Below are positions 51,145 to 60,074 of a stretch of 64,000 nt of DNA, piece after piece. The stretch is from an uncultured delta proteobacterium (lineage in GTDB: Bacteria; Myxococcota_A; Polyangia; Polyangiales; Polyangiaceae): contig CAWDXG010000004.1 in the NCBI GenBank assembly GCA_963806225.1, positions 4,544,001 through 4,608,000 of the forward strand, written 5' to 3'. The position numbers and the translations under genes were made by a program. Under the pieces are notes generated by a model that ran no database searches, had not been told where the DNA came from, and was given only the letters and a program-made list of their open reading frames with translations. The stretch's first letter is position 1. Each line of letters opens with the position of its first letter.

Positions 51145-52869
51145 CTACGGAGCGGAGAGCCCGGAGATGGGCCAGGGCTTCGGCGCCGGCGTGCCGCTGG
51201 TGTCGACGATCACGATTTGGTCGTGGTCCGTGTCGGCCACCAGAAGCCGCGTCGAGCTTCCGTTCGGCGGCATGACGGCCAGTCCGCCAGGATAGAAAAG
51301 GGCTGGCGGCGTCTCGTCGCCGGCGATGGTGGAGGTCACCTGCGTTGTCAGATCGAAGGCCTTGACCTTGGAGTTGTAGGTGTCGGCGATGTAGAGCGTC
51401 GTGCCGTCGATCGCGAGCCCCTGGTCGTGCTGCAACAGCGCCTTGTCCGGTGGTCCGTCGACGTCGCCCCACTTGAACAACCCCTGGCCGACGAGCGTGG
51501 TCACGTCTCCTGTCTTCAGATCGACCTTGCGCACGCTCGACGACTCGGCGTCGGCGACGTAGAGCGACGTGCCGTCCGTGGCCAGGCCGCTCGGCTGCGC
51601 GAACAGCGCGTCCGTGGCGGCGCCGTCCTCTAGCCCTTCCCCGCCGGTGCCGGCAAACCCTGCGAGGGTCTTGGCGGTGGGGTCGTAGGTCGCGATCTGG
51701 TGGGTGCCCGCGTTCGCGATGTACAGCGTGCCGTTTGCCGCCAGCAGATCCCACGGCGAGGCCAGCGCTGTGTCAGTTGCCTTGACCGCGGCGGCCAGCT
51801 TGTGGCCGCGAACGCCCGTGCCGGCGACGGTGGTGACGGTCTTGGCGGTGAGGTCGACGGCGCGGAGCAGATGGTTCTGGGTGTCTGCGACGTAGAGGGT
51901 GCTGCCCATCATCGCCAGGCCCTTCGGCCCCGAGAAGCGCGCGGATGCGTATGGACCGTCCGCGCTGCCGTCTGTCCCGTCCCCGATCACGTCGCTGACC
52001 GCGCCAGTGGCATCGGTCAACACGACGCGGTTGTGACCGGTATCGGCGATCGCGTAGCCGGTCGGGGTCGTGATGATCTTCTCCGGGCTCGCCAGCGGCG
52101 TGGCGGCGTCCTTCTCGCGGCCGAGGAACCCGAGCGGCGTGGTCGCCAGGCCGCCCTCGAGCGCCTGCTCGTGAAGCGCGGACTCGACAACGTCGTCGAG
52201 ATCCTTCAGCGACGGCTCGCCGACGAACCGCTTGACGATGCGACCGTGCGCATCCAGCACGTACAAGGTCGGCCACGCGGGAGCGCCCCAGTCGTGCAGC
52301 TCCTGGTGCTGCGCGTCGATCGCTACCGGGTGCGTGACGCCCATCTCGATCATCTGGGCGCGCACCACGTCGGGGGGCGAGTCGGCGGTGAACTTCTGCG
52401 CGTGCACGCCGATGACCAGCACCGGGTCGTTCTCGTGTTCGTGCGAGAATGTTTCCAGCGTAGCGGCGACGTGGATGCAGTTGATGCAACCGGCCGTCCA
52501 GAAGTCGATGACGAGGATGTGTCCGGTGAGTTCCTTGCCGGTAAAAGCGCGGGTCGTGTTCAGCCACCCGCCCACGTGGGTCAGGCCGGAGGCGGGGGCG
52601 AGGGCGCGCTGGTCCGGGGGCGTCAGCTGGATGGGATTGCCGTATTTTCGCGCGACGGGGGCGGGTCCGGTGACCGGAACCGCGGACCCGACGGGGTCGC
52701 CCGCGATGGCGATCGGCGCGCCCAGCGGCGCGCCGGCGTCCGATCCGGCGTCCGTGCTGTGTTGCGTGGAGTGCTGGGCCGGGGGCGAAGAGCCGCATGC
52801 GACCAGCGCCGTCATCGCCAGGATGCCGAAGAACCAGTTCCACAAGCCCGCACGCAGATCAAGCCTCAT
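51145..52869 (-). CDS. Thioredoxin-like plus NHL-repeat (NHLRC2-like) lipoprotein
   Basis: Lipobox LVAC; DFWTAGCINC, GVH..KF, AWPT; repeated IADT.N NHL motifs, ASPWD, AGTHQI, FAQPSG. Confidence 0.9.
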   Translation of the reverse strand: MRLDLRAGLWNWFFGILAMTALVACGSSPPAQHSTQHSTDAGSDAGAPLGAPIAIAGDPVGSAVPVTGPAPVARKYGNPIQLTPPDQRALAPASGLTHVGGWLNTTRAFTGKELTGHILVIDFWTAGCINCIHVAATLETFSHEHENDPVLVIGVHAQKFTADSPPDVVRAQMIEMGVTHPVAIDAQHQELHDWGAPAWPTLYVLDAHGRIVKRFVGEPSLKDLDDVVESALHEQALEGGLATTPLGFLGREKDAATPLASPEKIITTPTGYAIADTGHNRVVLTDATGAVSDVIGDGTDGSADGPYASARFSGPKGLAMMGSTLYVADTQNHLLRAVDLTAKTVTTVAGTGVRGHKLAAAVKATDTALASPWDLLAANGTLYIANAGTHQIATYDPTAKTLAGFAGTGGEGLEDGAATDALFAQPSGLATDGTSLYVADAESSSVRKVDLKTGDVTTLVGQGLFKWGDVDGPPDKALLQHDQGLAIDGTTLYIADTYNSKVKAFDLTTQVTSTIAGDETPPALFYPGGLAVMPPNGSSTRLLVADTDHDQIVIVDTSGTPAPKPWPISGLSAP

Positions 52870-52944
52870 CTCCGATCCGTACGGCCTGGACGCAGAGTGG
52901 TTACCGGCGCCGGCCTGGGGGGCATCGCCCCCGGTGGGCCCGGC

Positions 52945-54393
52945 TCAGAAGTGCGCCGAAACGGTTCTGGTGTGGCCTCGGGCGGCGTAGGCGCTGCGCG
53001 CGACCCGGCGACTCCCGTGCACGAACAGCACGTTGTGGTGTCCTGGCGAGACCTTCACGCCCAGTCGCGGCGTCGAGCCCAGCGGACGGCCGTCGAGCAG
53101 GACCAGCGCCGAGGGGCGCGAGTAGAAGCTGAGCTTCGCCGGGGCGTGCCAGTACGTCCGCGCGGGATGATGCACCGGAGCGGGCGCGGCTGCGGAGGGC
53201 GCCTCCTCCGGCAGCTTGGCGACTTCGGTGGCGGCTGGCGTCGGGTTCGTGGTCGCCGAGGCTGCCGGTAAGGTCGCGGGTGCCTGTGGCGCGGGCGTCG
53301 CGAGCGAAGCTGGCTTCTTTCTCAGCGTGAAGTGGACAGGAACGCTTCCGGTCACCTGCACAGGGTCGGGCGCGGCGTAGCCGGCTGCGCGGATCGACAC
53401 CCAGTGGTTCCCGCTGCTCTCCGGCAGCTCGCACGGCAGTGCACCGCACACCTCGTGGCCGTCGACGAACACCGAAGCGATGCTGATCGAGTGCTTCTGC
53501 ATGTCCGACGCCGTGACGGTCGGCGCCTGACTGGAGCCGTGCCTCGCGACCAGCACGATCGCGAGCAAGGCGCCCGCAACCAGGTAGAAGGCGATGAAGG
53601 TCAGCGCGACGTTGGACAGCCGGGGGCGCTTTTCGGCGGTCGGAGGCAGGCTGAACAGAGCGGGGGCCTGCGGCGGCGCGGAGGCGTGCACGGGCCCAGG
53701 GGGCGGCGGCGCGGAGGCATGCACCATGTTGGGCGGCGGTGGTGTCGAGGCATGCACCACCTGCGGCGGCGGTGGCGCCGAAGGATGGACTCCTCCCGTC
53801 GGCGGAGACGTGGGGGCCGAGCGAGCGCGGTCAGGTCTCGAGGGAGGGGATGTGCGGCGCACGACCACCGCCGGTTCGACGGGGAGCCGCTGCGATGGCG
53901 GAGGGAAATGCGCTTCAGCCTGTTGGGCGAAAGTCGGCAGCGGCGGCAGCGACCCCGCGGACGGCAGGGAGGAGCGCCGAGGCGGCGGAGGCGCCGAGCG
54001 CCGAGGCGGCGGAGGCGCCGAGCGCCGAGGCGGCGGAGGCGCCGAGCGCCGAGGCGGCGGAGGCGCGATCCGCGGCACTGAGGGCGGCCGCGGCAGCGGC
54101 GCGAGCGCTGGCAACGCTGCGGCGCGCGGAGGTGGCGGCGCGACCCGCGGAAAAGGAGAGATGGCGGGAACCGCTACCCGCGACGGTAGCGCGACACGCG
54201 GGAGCGGCAGCGGCGCGGCCGGTCCCTGCGGCACCGATCGGGGCAGGGTCAGGGCCCAGTCGCTGCGGGACTCCGGATCCTGCAGGATCTCGAGCGTGGG
54301 GGCGGTCCACTCCGGATCGGCCGAGTCCGGCTGCGGACGCACGAGGGTCCGGGTGACATCGTCGTCCGACCAGTCGGGGGTGAGCCAGGCCAC
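52945..54393 (-). CDS. Pro-rich single-pass membrane protein with C-terminal PEGA-like domains
   Basis: Pro-rich N-terminus, TM helix, VFVDG..G.H.V and SRPSALVLLDGRPLGSTP..PGHHNV. Confidence 0.75.
   Translation of the reverse strand: MAWLTPDWSDDDVTRTLVRPQPDSADPEWTAPTLEILQDPESRSDWALTLPRSVPQGPAAPLPLPRVALPSRVAVPAISPFPRVAPPPPRAAALPALAPLPRPPSVPRIAPPPPRRSAPPPPRRSAPPPPRRSAPPPPRRSSLPSAGSLPPLPTFAQQAEAHFPPPSQRLPVEPAVVVRRTSPPSRPDRARSAPTSPPTGGVHPSAPPPPQVVHASTPPPPNMVHASAPPPPGPVHASAPPQAPALFSLPPTAEKRPRLSNVALTFIAFYLVAGALLAIVLVARHGSSQAPTVTASDMQKHSISIASVFVDGHEVCGALPCELPESSGNHWVSIRAAGYAAPDPVQVTGSVPVHFTLRKKPASLATPAPQAPATLPAASATTNPTPAATEVAKLPEEAPSAAAPAPVHHPARTYWHAPAKLSFYSRPSALVLLDGRPLGSTPRLGVKVSPGHHNVLFVHGSRRVARSAYAARGHTRTVSAHF
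53972..54066 (-). repeat. 24-bp tandem repeat x4 (APPPPRRS)
   Basis: gagcgccgaggcggcggaggcgcc, four copies with no spacers. Confidence 0.9.
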
Positions 54394-54749
54394 AGCAACG
54401 CGTTCCTGCGCGGGGTCCGGATCGTATCACATCGGAGTCCGTGGACGGAGCAGGCCCGACCGGGAACGCGTTTCCGCTGCTCGCCATGCGTACAGCGGTC
54501 CGGCGTCGGAGGCCCCGAGCGAAGACCCGGAACTGGTCGGCCGCACGGCGCTCTCGTCCCCGCAGCTCCCGTTCCGCTCGCCCCCCGAGAAGGTCGTGCG
54601 CGTCGACGATTACGTCCCCTGCGCGTCGCTCGATCTCTCGAAGCACGCCGGCAACGTCGAAGCGGCACTGCGCGCCGCGCGCTAGGCTCGGCGCTTGTCC
54701 AGCGAGTCCGGGCTCCTGCTCGCCGGCTCCGGATGCTCGCGTTCCCACG

Positions 54750-56036
54750 CTACTTGCAAGTACCGCCCACGCACTGCTTTCCCCCGCCGCACTTGAAGTT
54801 GCAACTTCCGCAGTTGGAGTTCGACGTCAGGCTTGTCTCGCAGCCATTGCTTTTTCCGCCGTCGCAGTCGCCCCAGCCCGAGGCGCAGGCTCCGGTGTAG
54901 GAGCACATGCCGGCCATGCAAACGCCGATCGCGTGCACGACCGAAGCGGTGCAGCTGAGGCCGCAGCTGCCGCAGTTGTTGTTATCCCCAGCGGTAAGGA
55001 CCTCGCAACCGTCGCTGGCGTCGCCGTTGCAGTTCGCGTAGCCCGACTCGCACAGCAACGAGCACTGGCCGTTCAAGCAGCTCGGCGACGCATGGTTGGT
55101 GCCACACTTGACGCCGCAGCTGCCGCAGTTGGTCGTGGTCCCCAGGTTTGTCTCGCACCCGTTGGCCAGGTTGCCGTCGCAGTTGCCCCTGCCGCTGTTG
55201 CAGCTGATGGCGCAGTTGCCGCTGACGCAAGCCGGCGTTCCGTCGATGTTGTTGCACGAGACGTTGCAGCCGCTGCAGTGGCTCGGATCCGAGGCGATGT
55301 CCTGCTCGCAGCCATTGGATGGATCCCCGTCGCAGTCAGCCCATCCCGGGTTGCACTTCAAAATGCCGCACTTGCCGTTGGTGCAACTGGGCGTCGCATG
55401 CTGAACCGTGCTGCTGCAGTCGTTGCCGCAGAAAGCGCAGTTCACCGGATCGCTGGTCACGCTGACTTCGCAACCGTCCGAGGAATCCTGGTTGCAGTCC
55501 GCCTTGCCCACCGGGCAGTTGCTGACCTTGCAGTTGCCGGAGGCGCAGTCCCAGTTGCTGGCGCTCGTGTTGCTGAAGCAGTCGTTCCCGCAACTGCCGC
55601 AGTTCTTCGGATCACTTGCGGTATTGACCTCGCAGCCGTCGCTTGTGCTGCTGTTGCAGTCGCTGAATCCCGGGTTGCAGCTCTGGATTCCACAGTCGCC
55701 GCTGTTTGCGCAATCGGCAGCGGCGTTGGCAAGGTTGCAGGGAGCGCACGACGCTTGCGCGCATCCGAACGCCGGGTTCTTCACCGACGGGCACGAGTGG
55801 CCTCCGCAGAACTTTTCCCCGGGCGCCGGAAAGCATGGGCCGCCGGCGGCGCCGCCGGTGCCGCCGGCGCCACTGGTGCCGCCGGCATCCGTTCCTCCCG
55901 CTCCGGCTCCGCCCGTTCCCGAGCCGCCGGCTGCGACGCGGTGGTCTTGTGTCTGCCTTGGGAAGGCCAGCTCGCAGCGCACCAGGGCCAGCATGGCGAT
56001 AGCTACGGCCAGCACAAATCCGGATCTACGAAACAT
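54750..56036 (-). CDS. Exported Cys-rich repeat protein
   Basis: Signal peptide; about six repeats of C..G..DC.G...[DN]GCE......NCG.CG..C. Confidence 0.85.
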   Translation of the reverse strand: MFRRSGFVLAVAIAMLALVRCELAFPRQTQDHRVAAGGSGTGGAGAGGTDAGGTSGAGGTGGAAGGPCFPAPGEKFCGGHSCPSVKNPAFGCAQASCAPCNLANAAADCANSGDCGIQSCNPGFSDCNSSTSDGCEVNTASDPKNCGSCGNDCFSNTSASNWDCASGNCKVSNCPVGKADCNQDSSDGCEVSVTSDPVNCAFCGNDCSSTVQHATPSCTNGKCGILKCNPGWADCDGDPSNGCEQDIASDPSHCSGCNVSCNNIDGTPACVSGNCAISCNSGRGNCDGNLANGCETNLGTTTNCGSCGVKCGTNHASPSCLNGQCSLLCESGYANCNGDASDGCEVLTAGDNNNCGSCGLSCTASVVHAIGVCMAGMCSYTGACASGWGDCDGGKSNGCETSLTSNSNCGSCNFKCGGGKQCVGGTCK

Positions 56037-56332
56037 GTCGAACCTCTCGCCGCGGCATCGGAGCGGAATCTCCAGAACGTCGCCCCCACGGCGGCGACGG
56101 CGCCATGCCGAAGGTCGCGAAGCTGGCCAGTGCCGCCACGCCTACGCCGCCCAGGAGAGTGCGGGCACGGGAAGGCCGCCCTGTGGTGGTTGCGTTCCGA
56201 GGCGCCCTGCAACGGGTGTCGACAGGCACGGGTCCGCGGCGCTGGATCCCGACGGACCCTGCGCGAACGCGCTTGCGGCGCGCGTGGTGCCGAAGAGCGT
56301 CGCAATGATCCGCAGACTCCGGGTTCGTCTTT

Positions 56333-57868
56333 TCATTGGCACACCTTCTGGAAATGCTCGATCCCGGCCGAGTCCTTGTAGGTCCGGATCCAGCACTTTG
56401 GAGCTGCGCGGTGCGCAGCATGCAGCGCGGCCTGGTGCTGGACCGCCGGAGCGGGGTGCGACACGCCCGCGTCGCCCGTATGCGCCGCCTCTGCCGATGC
56501 CGCGCCGCCGCTCCGCGCCGCGGGCTCCGCCGCGCTGGCTGCCAGAGGGGGCTCACGGGTGTCGGGAACGCTGCTCGCTGTCGAAGCCGACGAAACGGGC
56601 CTCGCTTCGGCGGTGACGGACGCGGCCGCAGCGGGCGTCGCCGCTACACTGCTTGCACCAGTGCGATGAAGCAGCAGGATCGTGAGCACCGCGGCGGCCG
56701 CCACGAACCCGCCGATCACCCCGACCGCGATGGCTATCCGCGGCACGTTCGTGGCGCGGCCGGGAGCCTTCGCCGTCGAAACGGAGATGGTCGACAGCTG
56801 CGAGGCTGTTCCGTCGCTGGCCACGGCTGCGGTGCTCCGACCCGTGTCGGGGATGCTCGGCATCGAACCGCCGCGTTCGACAGGGATACCATCGAGAGAA
56901 GCGCTTTCGATTCGGGAGACGGTCTGCGCCCGTTCCGCCAGCAGATCTCCGACGAGCCCCTCTATCCACTCCGACACCCTGGACGGGCTGGCGATCGGAA
57001 TGCACTGCTCCAGCGCCTTCGCCATCGCCCGGGCGCTCTCGAACCGCCGTGTCCGATCGCGAGCCAGCGCGCGAAGTACGATCGAGTCGAGCGCCGGCGG
57101 CAGACCCCGCACCAACTCACTCGGCGCCAGGATCTGTTGCTGCAGCACGCTCGTTACGATCGAGCCGGCATTGTCTCCGGCGAACAGCCGCCTCAGTGTG
57201 AGCATCTCCCAGAGCACGACACCCGACGCGAACACGTCGGTACGGCGGTCGACCCCTTCCGCGCGCAGCTGCTCGGGCGACATGTAGGATAGCTTGCCCT
57301 TGAGCTGCCCGTCGCGCGTGTGGTGACTGTGTCCGGCGGCTTTCGCGACGCCGAAGTCAAGGACGCGCGGCACGCCGTCGGCACCGACGAGGATGTTCTG
57401 GGGGCTGACGTTGCGATGGACCACGTCGAGCGGGTTGCCGCGCTCGTCCGTCGCTTCGTGCGCAGCGTGCAGGCCGTGCAGGGCTCCGCAGAGGATGGCG
57501 GACAGGATGTCGAGTGGGATCTGTTGCCGCCGGGAGAGGACAGTCCGTACGAGGCGCGCCACCGATTCGCCCTGCACGTACTCCATCACCAGGAAGAGCT
57601 CGTCGTCGATGGCCACCACATCGAGCGTGGGGACGACGTTCGGGTGCCGGATGCGGCCGGCGAGCCGCGCTTCGTCGAGGAACATCCGCACGAAGTCCGG
57701 GTCCCTGGCGAACTGCGGGTGCAGCCGCTTGATCGCGACCGTGCGGGAAAAGCCCGCGGAACCCAGCAGGCGGCCGTAGTGCACGGTGGCCATGCCCCCG
57801 GTCGCGATCTCGCCGTACAACGCGTAGCGCCCTAGAACGAGCGGCGACGATTGCGACAAGGCAGGCAT
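56333..57868 (-). CDS. Membrane Ser/Thr kinase-like protein with HRN in place of HRD
   Basis: GGMATV, VAIK, HPNVV, VHRNVSPQN, DFGVAK, YMSPEQ; TM helix; C-terminal Cys pair. Confidence 0.9.
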   Translation of the reverse strand: MPALSQSSPLVLGRYALYGEIATGGMATVHYGRLLGSAGFSRTVAIKRLHPQFARDPDFVRMFLDEARLAGRIRHPNVVPTLDVVAIDDELFLVMEYVQGESVARLVRTVLSRRQQIPLDILSAILCGALHGLHAAHEATDERGNPLDVVHRNVSPQNILVGADGVPRVLDFGVAKAAGHSHHTRDGQLKGKLSYMSPEQLRAEGVDRRTDVFASGVVLWEMLTLRRLFAGDNAGSIVTSVLQQQILAPSELVRGLPPALDSIVLRALARDRTRRFESARAMAKALEQCIPIASPSRVSEWIEGLVGDLLAERAQTVSRIESASLDGIPVERGGSMPSIPDTGRSTAAVASDGTASQLSTISVSTAKAPGRATNVPRIAIAVGVIGGFVAAAAVLTILLLHRTGASSVAATPAAAASVTAEARPVSSASTASSVPDTREPPLAASAAEPAARSGGAASAEAAHTGDAGVSHPAPAVQHQAALHAAHRAAPKCWIRTYKDSAGIEHFQKVCQ

Positions 57869-58053
57869 ATTCGGAAGACTCCGGGTCGGTTAGTCTATCG
57901 TTTGCGAGACAGCTTCGTCCACCCAGCCGCCCGGCCGCGTTTTCGAGGGGAAAACCGGGCCATCTTCGGGACAGCATTGCTGGGAGATCGTTGCTGTTGC
58001 TTCCCTGCAACAGCTCGCGTCACAGGTCCGATCACACTGCCGCGGTGCGCCGT

Positions 58054-58179
58054 GCGAAAGAGCCTGCACGCTCTTCCGCGTAGGCCTCCCCGGTTGCCCC
58101 CCCTCGTCGCTCCTCGGGGCCTTCCGGCCCCTGCGGGGCGCCGGTCCCCCCCAAGGCCGGGCTCCGCCCGTCCGGGCGG
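58054..58179. repeat. GC-rich multi-hairpin intergenic element
   Basis: Stems 58054-58063/58070-58079, GGGGCC-ttcc-GGCCCC (58116-58131) and CCGCCC-gtcc-GGGCGG (58164-58179). Confidence 0.5.
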
Positions 58180-58188
58180 GACAGTCGC

Positions 58189-58203
58189 TGGCACGCTCGC
58201 TGC
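58189..58203 (+). promoter_or_regulatory. Candidate sigma-54 promoter
   Basis: TGGCACG-ctcg-CTGC. Confidence 0.5.
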
Positions 58204-58453
58204 CAGAGGGCCATTCATGACCCTCTCTTCGCGTCCCTTTTCGTTCACGATGCTGCCCAGACACAAATTGGATTGATCGCACTCGCGGGCGGCTCGGGTG
58301 TGCGAGAGCAATGTGGCTGGTCGGCTGAACGCGCCATCCGCATGAGCGATCCGGTGATGGAGAACGAGCGGCCGGAGTACTCCGTGGGCTGCGTTCGCAG
58401 GACCTTACCGATCCCGCCGAAGCTGCGCTAGACTCCGCGGCCGGGCTCGCAAC

Positions 58454-60027
58454 ATGACGACGGACGGCACCGAGGGAACCGGACGCGCCTCCACAGGCGG
58501 CATGGAAGGCCAGACCGTTGCCGGAAAATACGAGCTGGTGCGCCTGCTCGGCGCCGGCGGGATGGGCGCGGTCTACGAGGGGCGGAACCTGGTCACGTTC
58601 AAGCGCTGCGCGATCAAGCTGTTGCTGTCGCCCGAGCTTGGTCAGAACGAGCAGATCGTCAAGCGCTTCTTCCGCGAGGCGAAGGCCAGCAGCGTGATCG
58701 AGAGCGATCACGTGGTCCAGATCTTCGACTCCGGTGCCGACCCCCAGACGGGCTACCCGTACATGGTCATGGAGATGCTCGCCGGCGAGGATCTGGAGGG
58801 CACGCTGAGTCGCATGGGGCCGCTCGATCCGCTGGTCGCGGCCAAGCTCGTGCTGCAGGCCACAATGGGCCTGGCCAAGGCGCACGAGGCCGGGATCATC
58901 CATCGTGACATCAAGCCGGCAAACCTGTTTCTGACCCAGCGCGACTCGGGCGAGCTCGTCCTCAAGATCCTCGACTTCGGGGTGGCCAAGGTCGTGATGG
59001 AACAGTTCGCGGAGACCTCCCACGGCTTGACGCGGACTGGGTCGATGCTCGGCACTCCCTTGTACATGTCGCCGGAACAGGCCAAGGGCGCGTCGGGCAT
59101 CGATGCTCGCAGCGATGTGTGGTCGCTCGGCGTCGTGATGTACGAGCTTCTGTCGGGGAGCTTGCCGTTTCCGGATGCGAACTCGCTGGGCGAACTGATG
59201 GTGAGCATCATCACGGCCGATATCCCGCTCTTGCAGGACCTCGCACCCTGGGTGCCGCCCGAGCTTGCGGAGATCGCGCACCGCGCCATGTCGCGCAACA
59301 TCGACATGCGCTACGCGAACGCTGGCGCGTTCCGCGACGCGCTCGGCGCGCTGGTGCCCGACGGCCCGCGCATCGATCCGACAATGATGCAGTCGGTCGG
59401 CGATCAGCATCGTGCCTACGTAGCGCCGCGCCTCCAGCTCACCGACGACGGCATGCTCCGTGCGACGACGCGCACCGGTCTCAGCACCACGGCCCACACG
59501 CCGCCACCGAAGAAGTCCGCGGTGCCCGCTGTGGTTGCGTCGGTGATCGGGCTCGCCGTGCTCGGCATCGGCGGAGCAGCGGCCTACAAGCTCACACGGC
59601 CGCCGCCGCGGGCTGCACCGTCGGCGTCGGCTCCGCCTCCGGTTGTGCTCAAGTCGGATCTGCCGAGCGCGTCGCCCGCCACGCCCACCATCAAGAAATT
59701 CAAGCTCGAGGTGGGCCCGGACGACGTGTCCGTCAGCGTCGACGGCGAGAAGCGCGACGTGACGGAGCACACGGTGGAGCTCGCCGGATCCCCGGCGCTA
59801 CGCGGAAGGTCAAGCTCACGCTCGGAAAGAAGAGCATCGAGCAGGTCGTCGCCATCACCGAGACCGGGCTGCTGCCGCCGAAGCTCGAGATGGAGCACAA
59901 GGAGAAAGCCGCTAATCCTGTGCACGTCGCTTCGAAGAGCAAGACCGCGCCGAAGCCCGCCACCTCCAAGCCGCCGCACAAGAACACACCCCAGATCGCC
60001 AAGGACCTCGGAGAGTTCGGCAACTGA
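58454..60027 (+). CDS. Membrane Ser/Thr protein kinase with a PEGA-like C-terminus; apparent -1 frameshift near 59791
   Basis: GAGGMGAV, AIK, HRDIKPAN, DFGVAK, GTPLYMSPEQ; TM helix; ELAGSP continues as GATRKVKLTLG in frame 59119..60027. Confidence 0.93.
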
Positions 60028-60074
60028 TGCGCCTACGCGCAAGCTCGCACCTACCCGTTGTCAGGGAGACACGG

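Noticed and set aside
53972..54066. 24-bp repeats as a CRISPR array
   Set aside because: No spacers, the repeat is in-frame coding sequence, and there are no cas genes.
54400..54750. Small + strand gene ending at 54685
   Set aside because: No convincing start codon or recognisable motif, so it is left unannotated.
58040..58140. Group II intron domain V/VI remnant
   Set aside because: No convincing AGC/CGC-triad domain V helix with the AC bulge on either strand, and no reverse transcriptase ORF.
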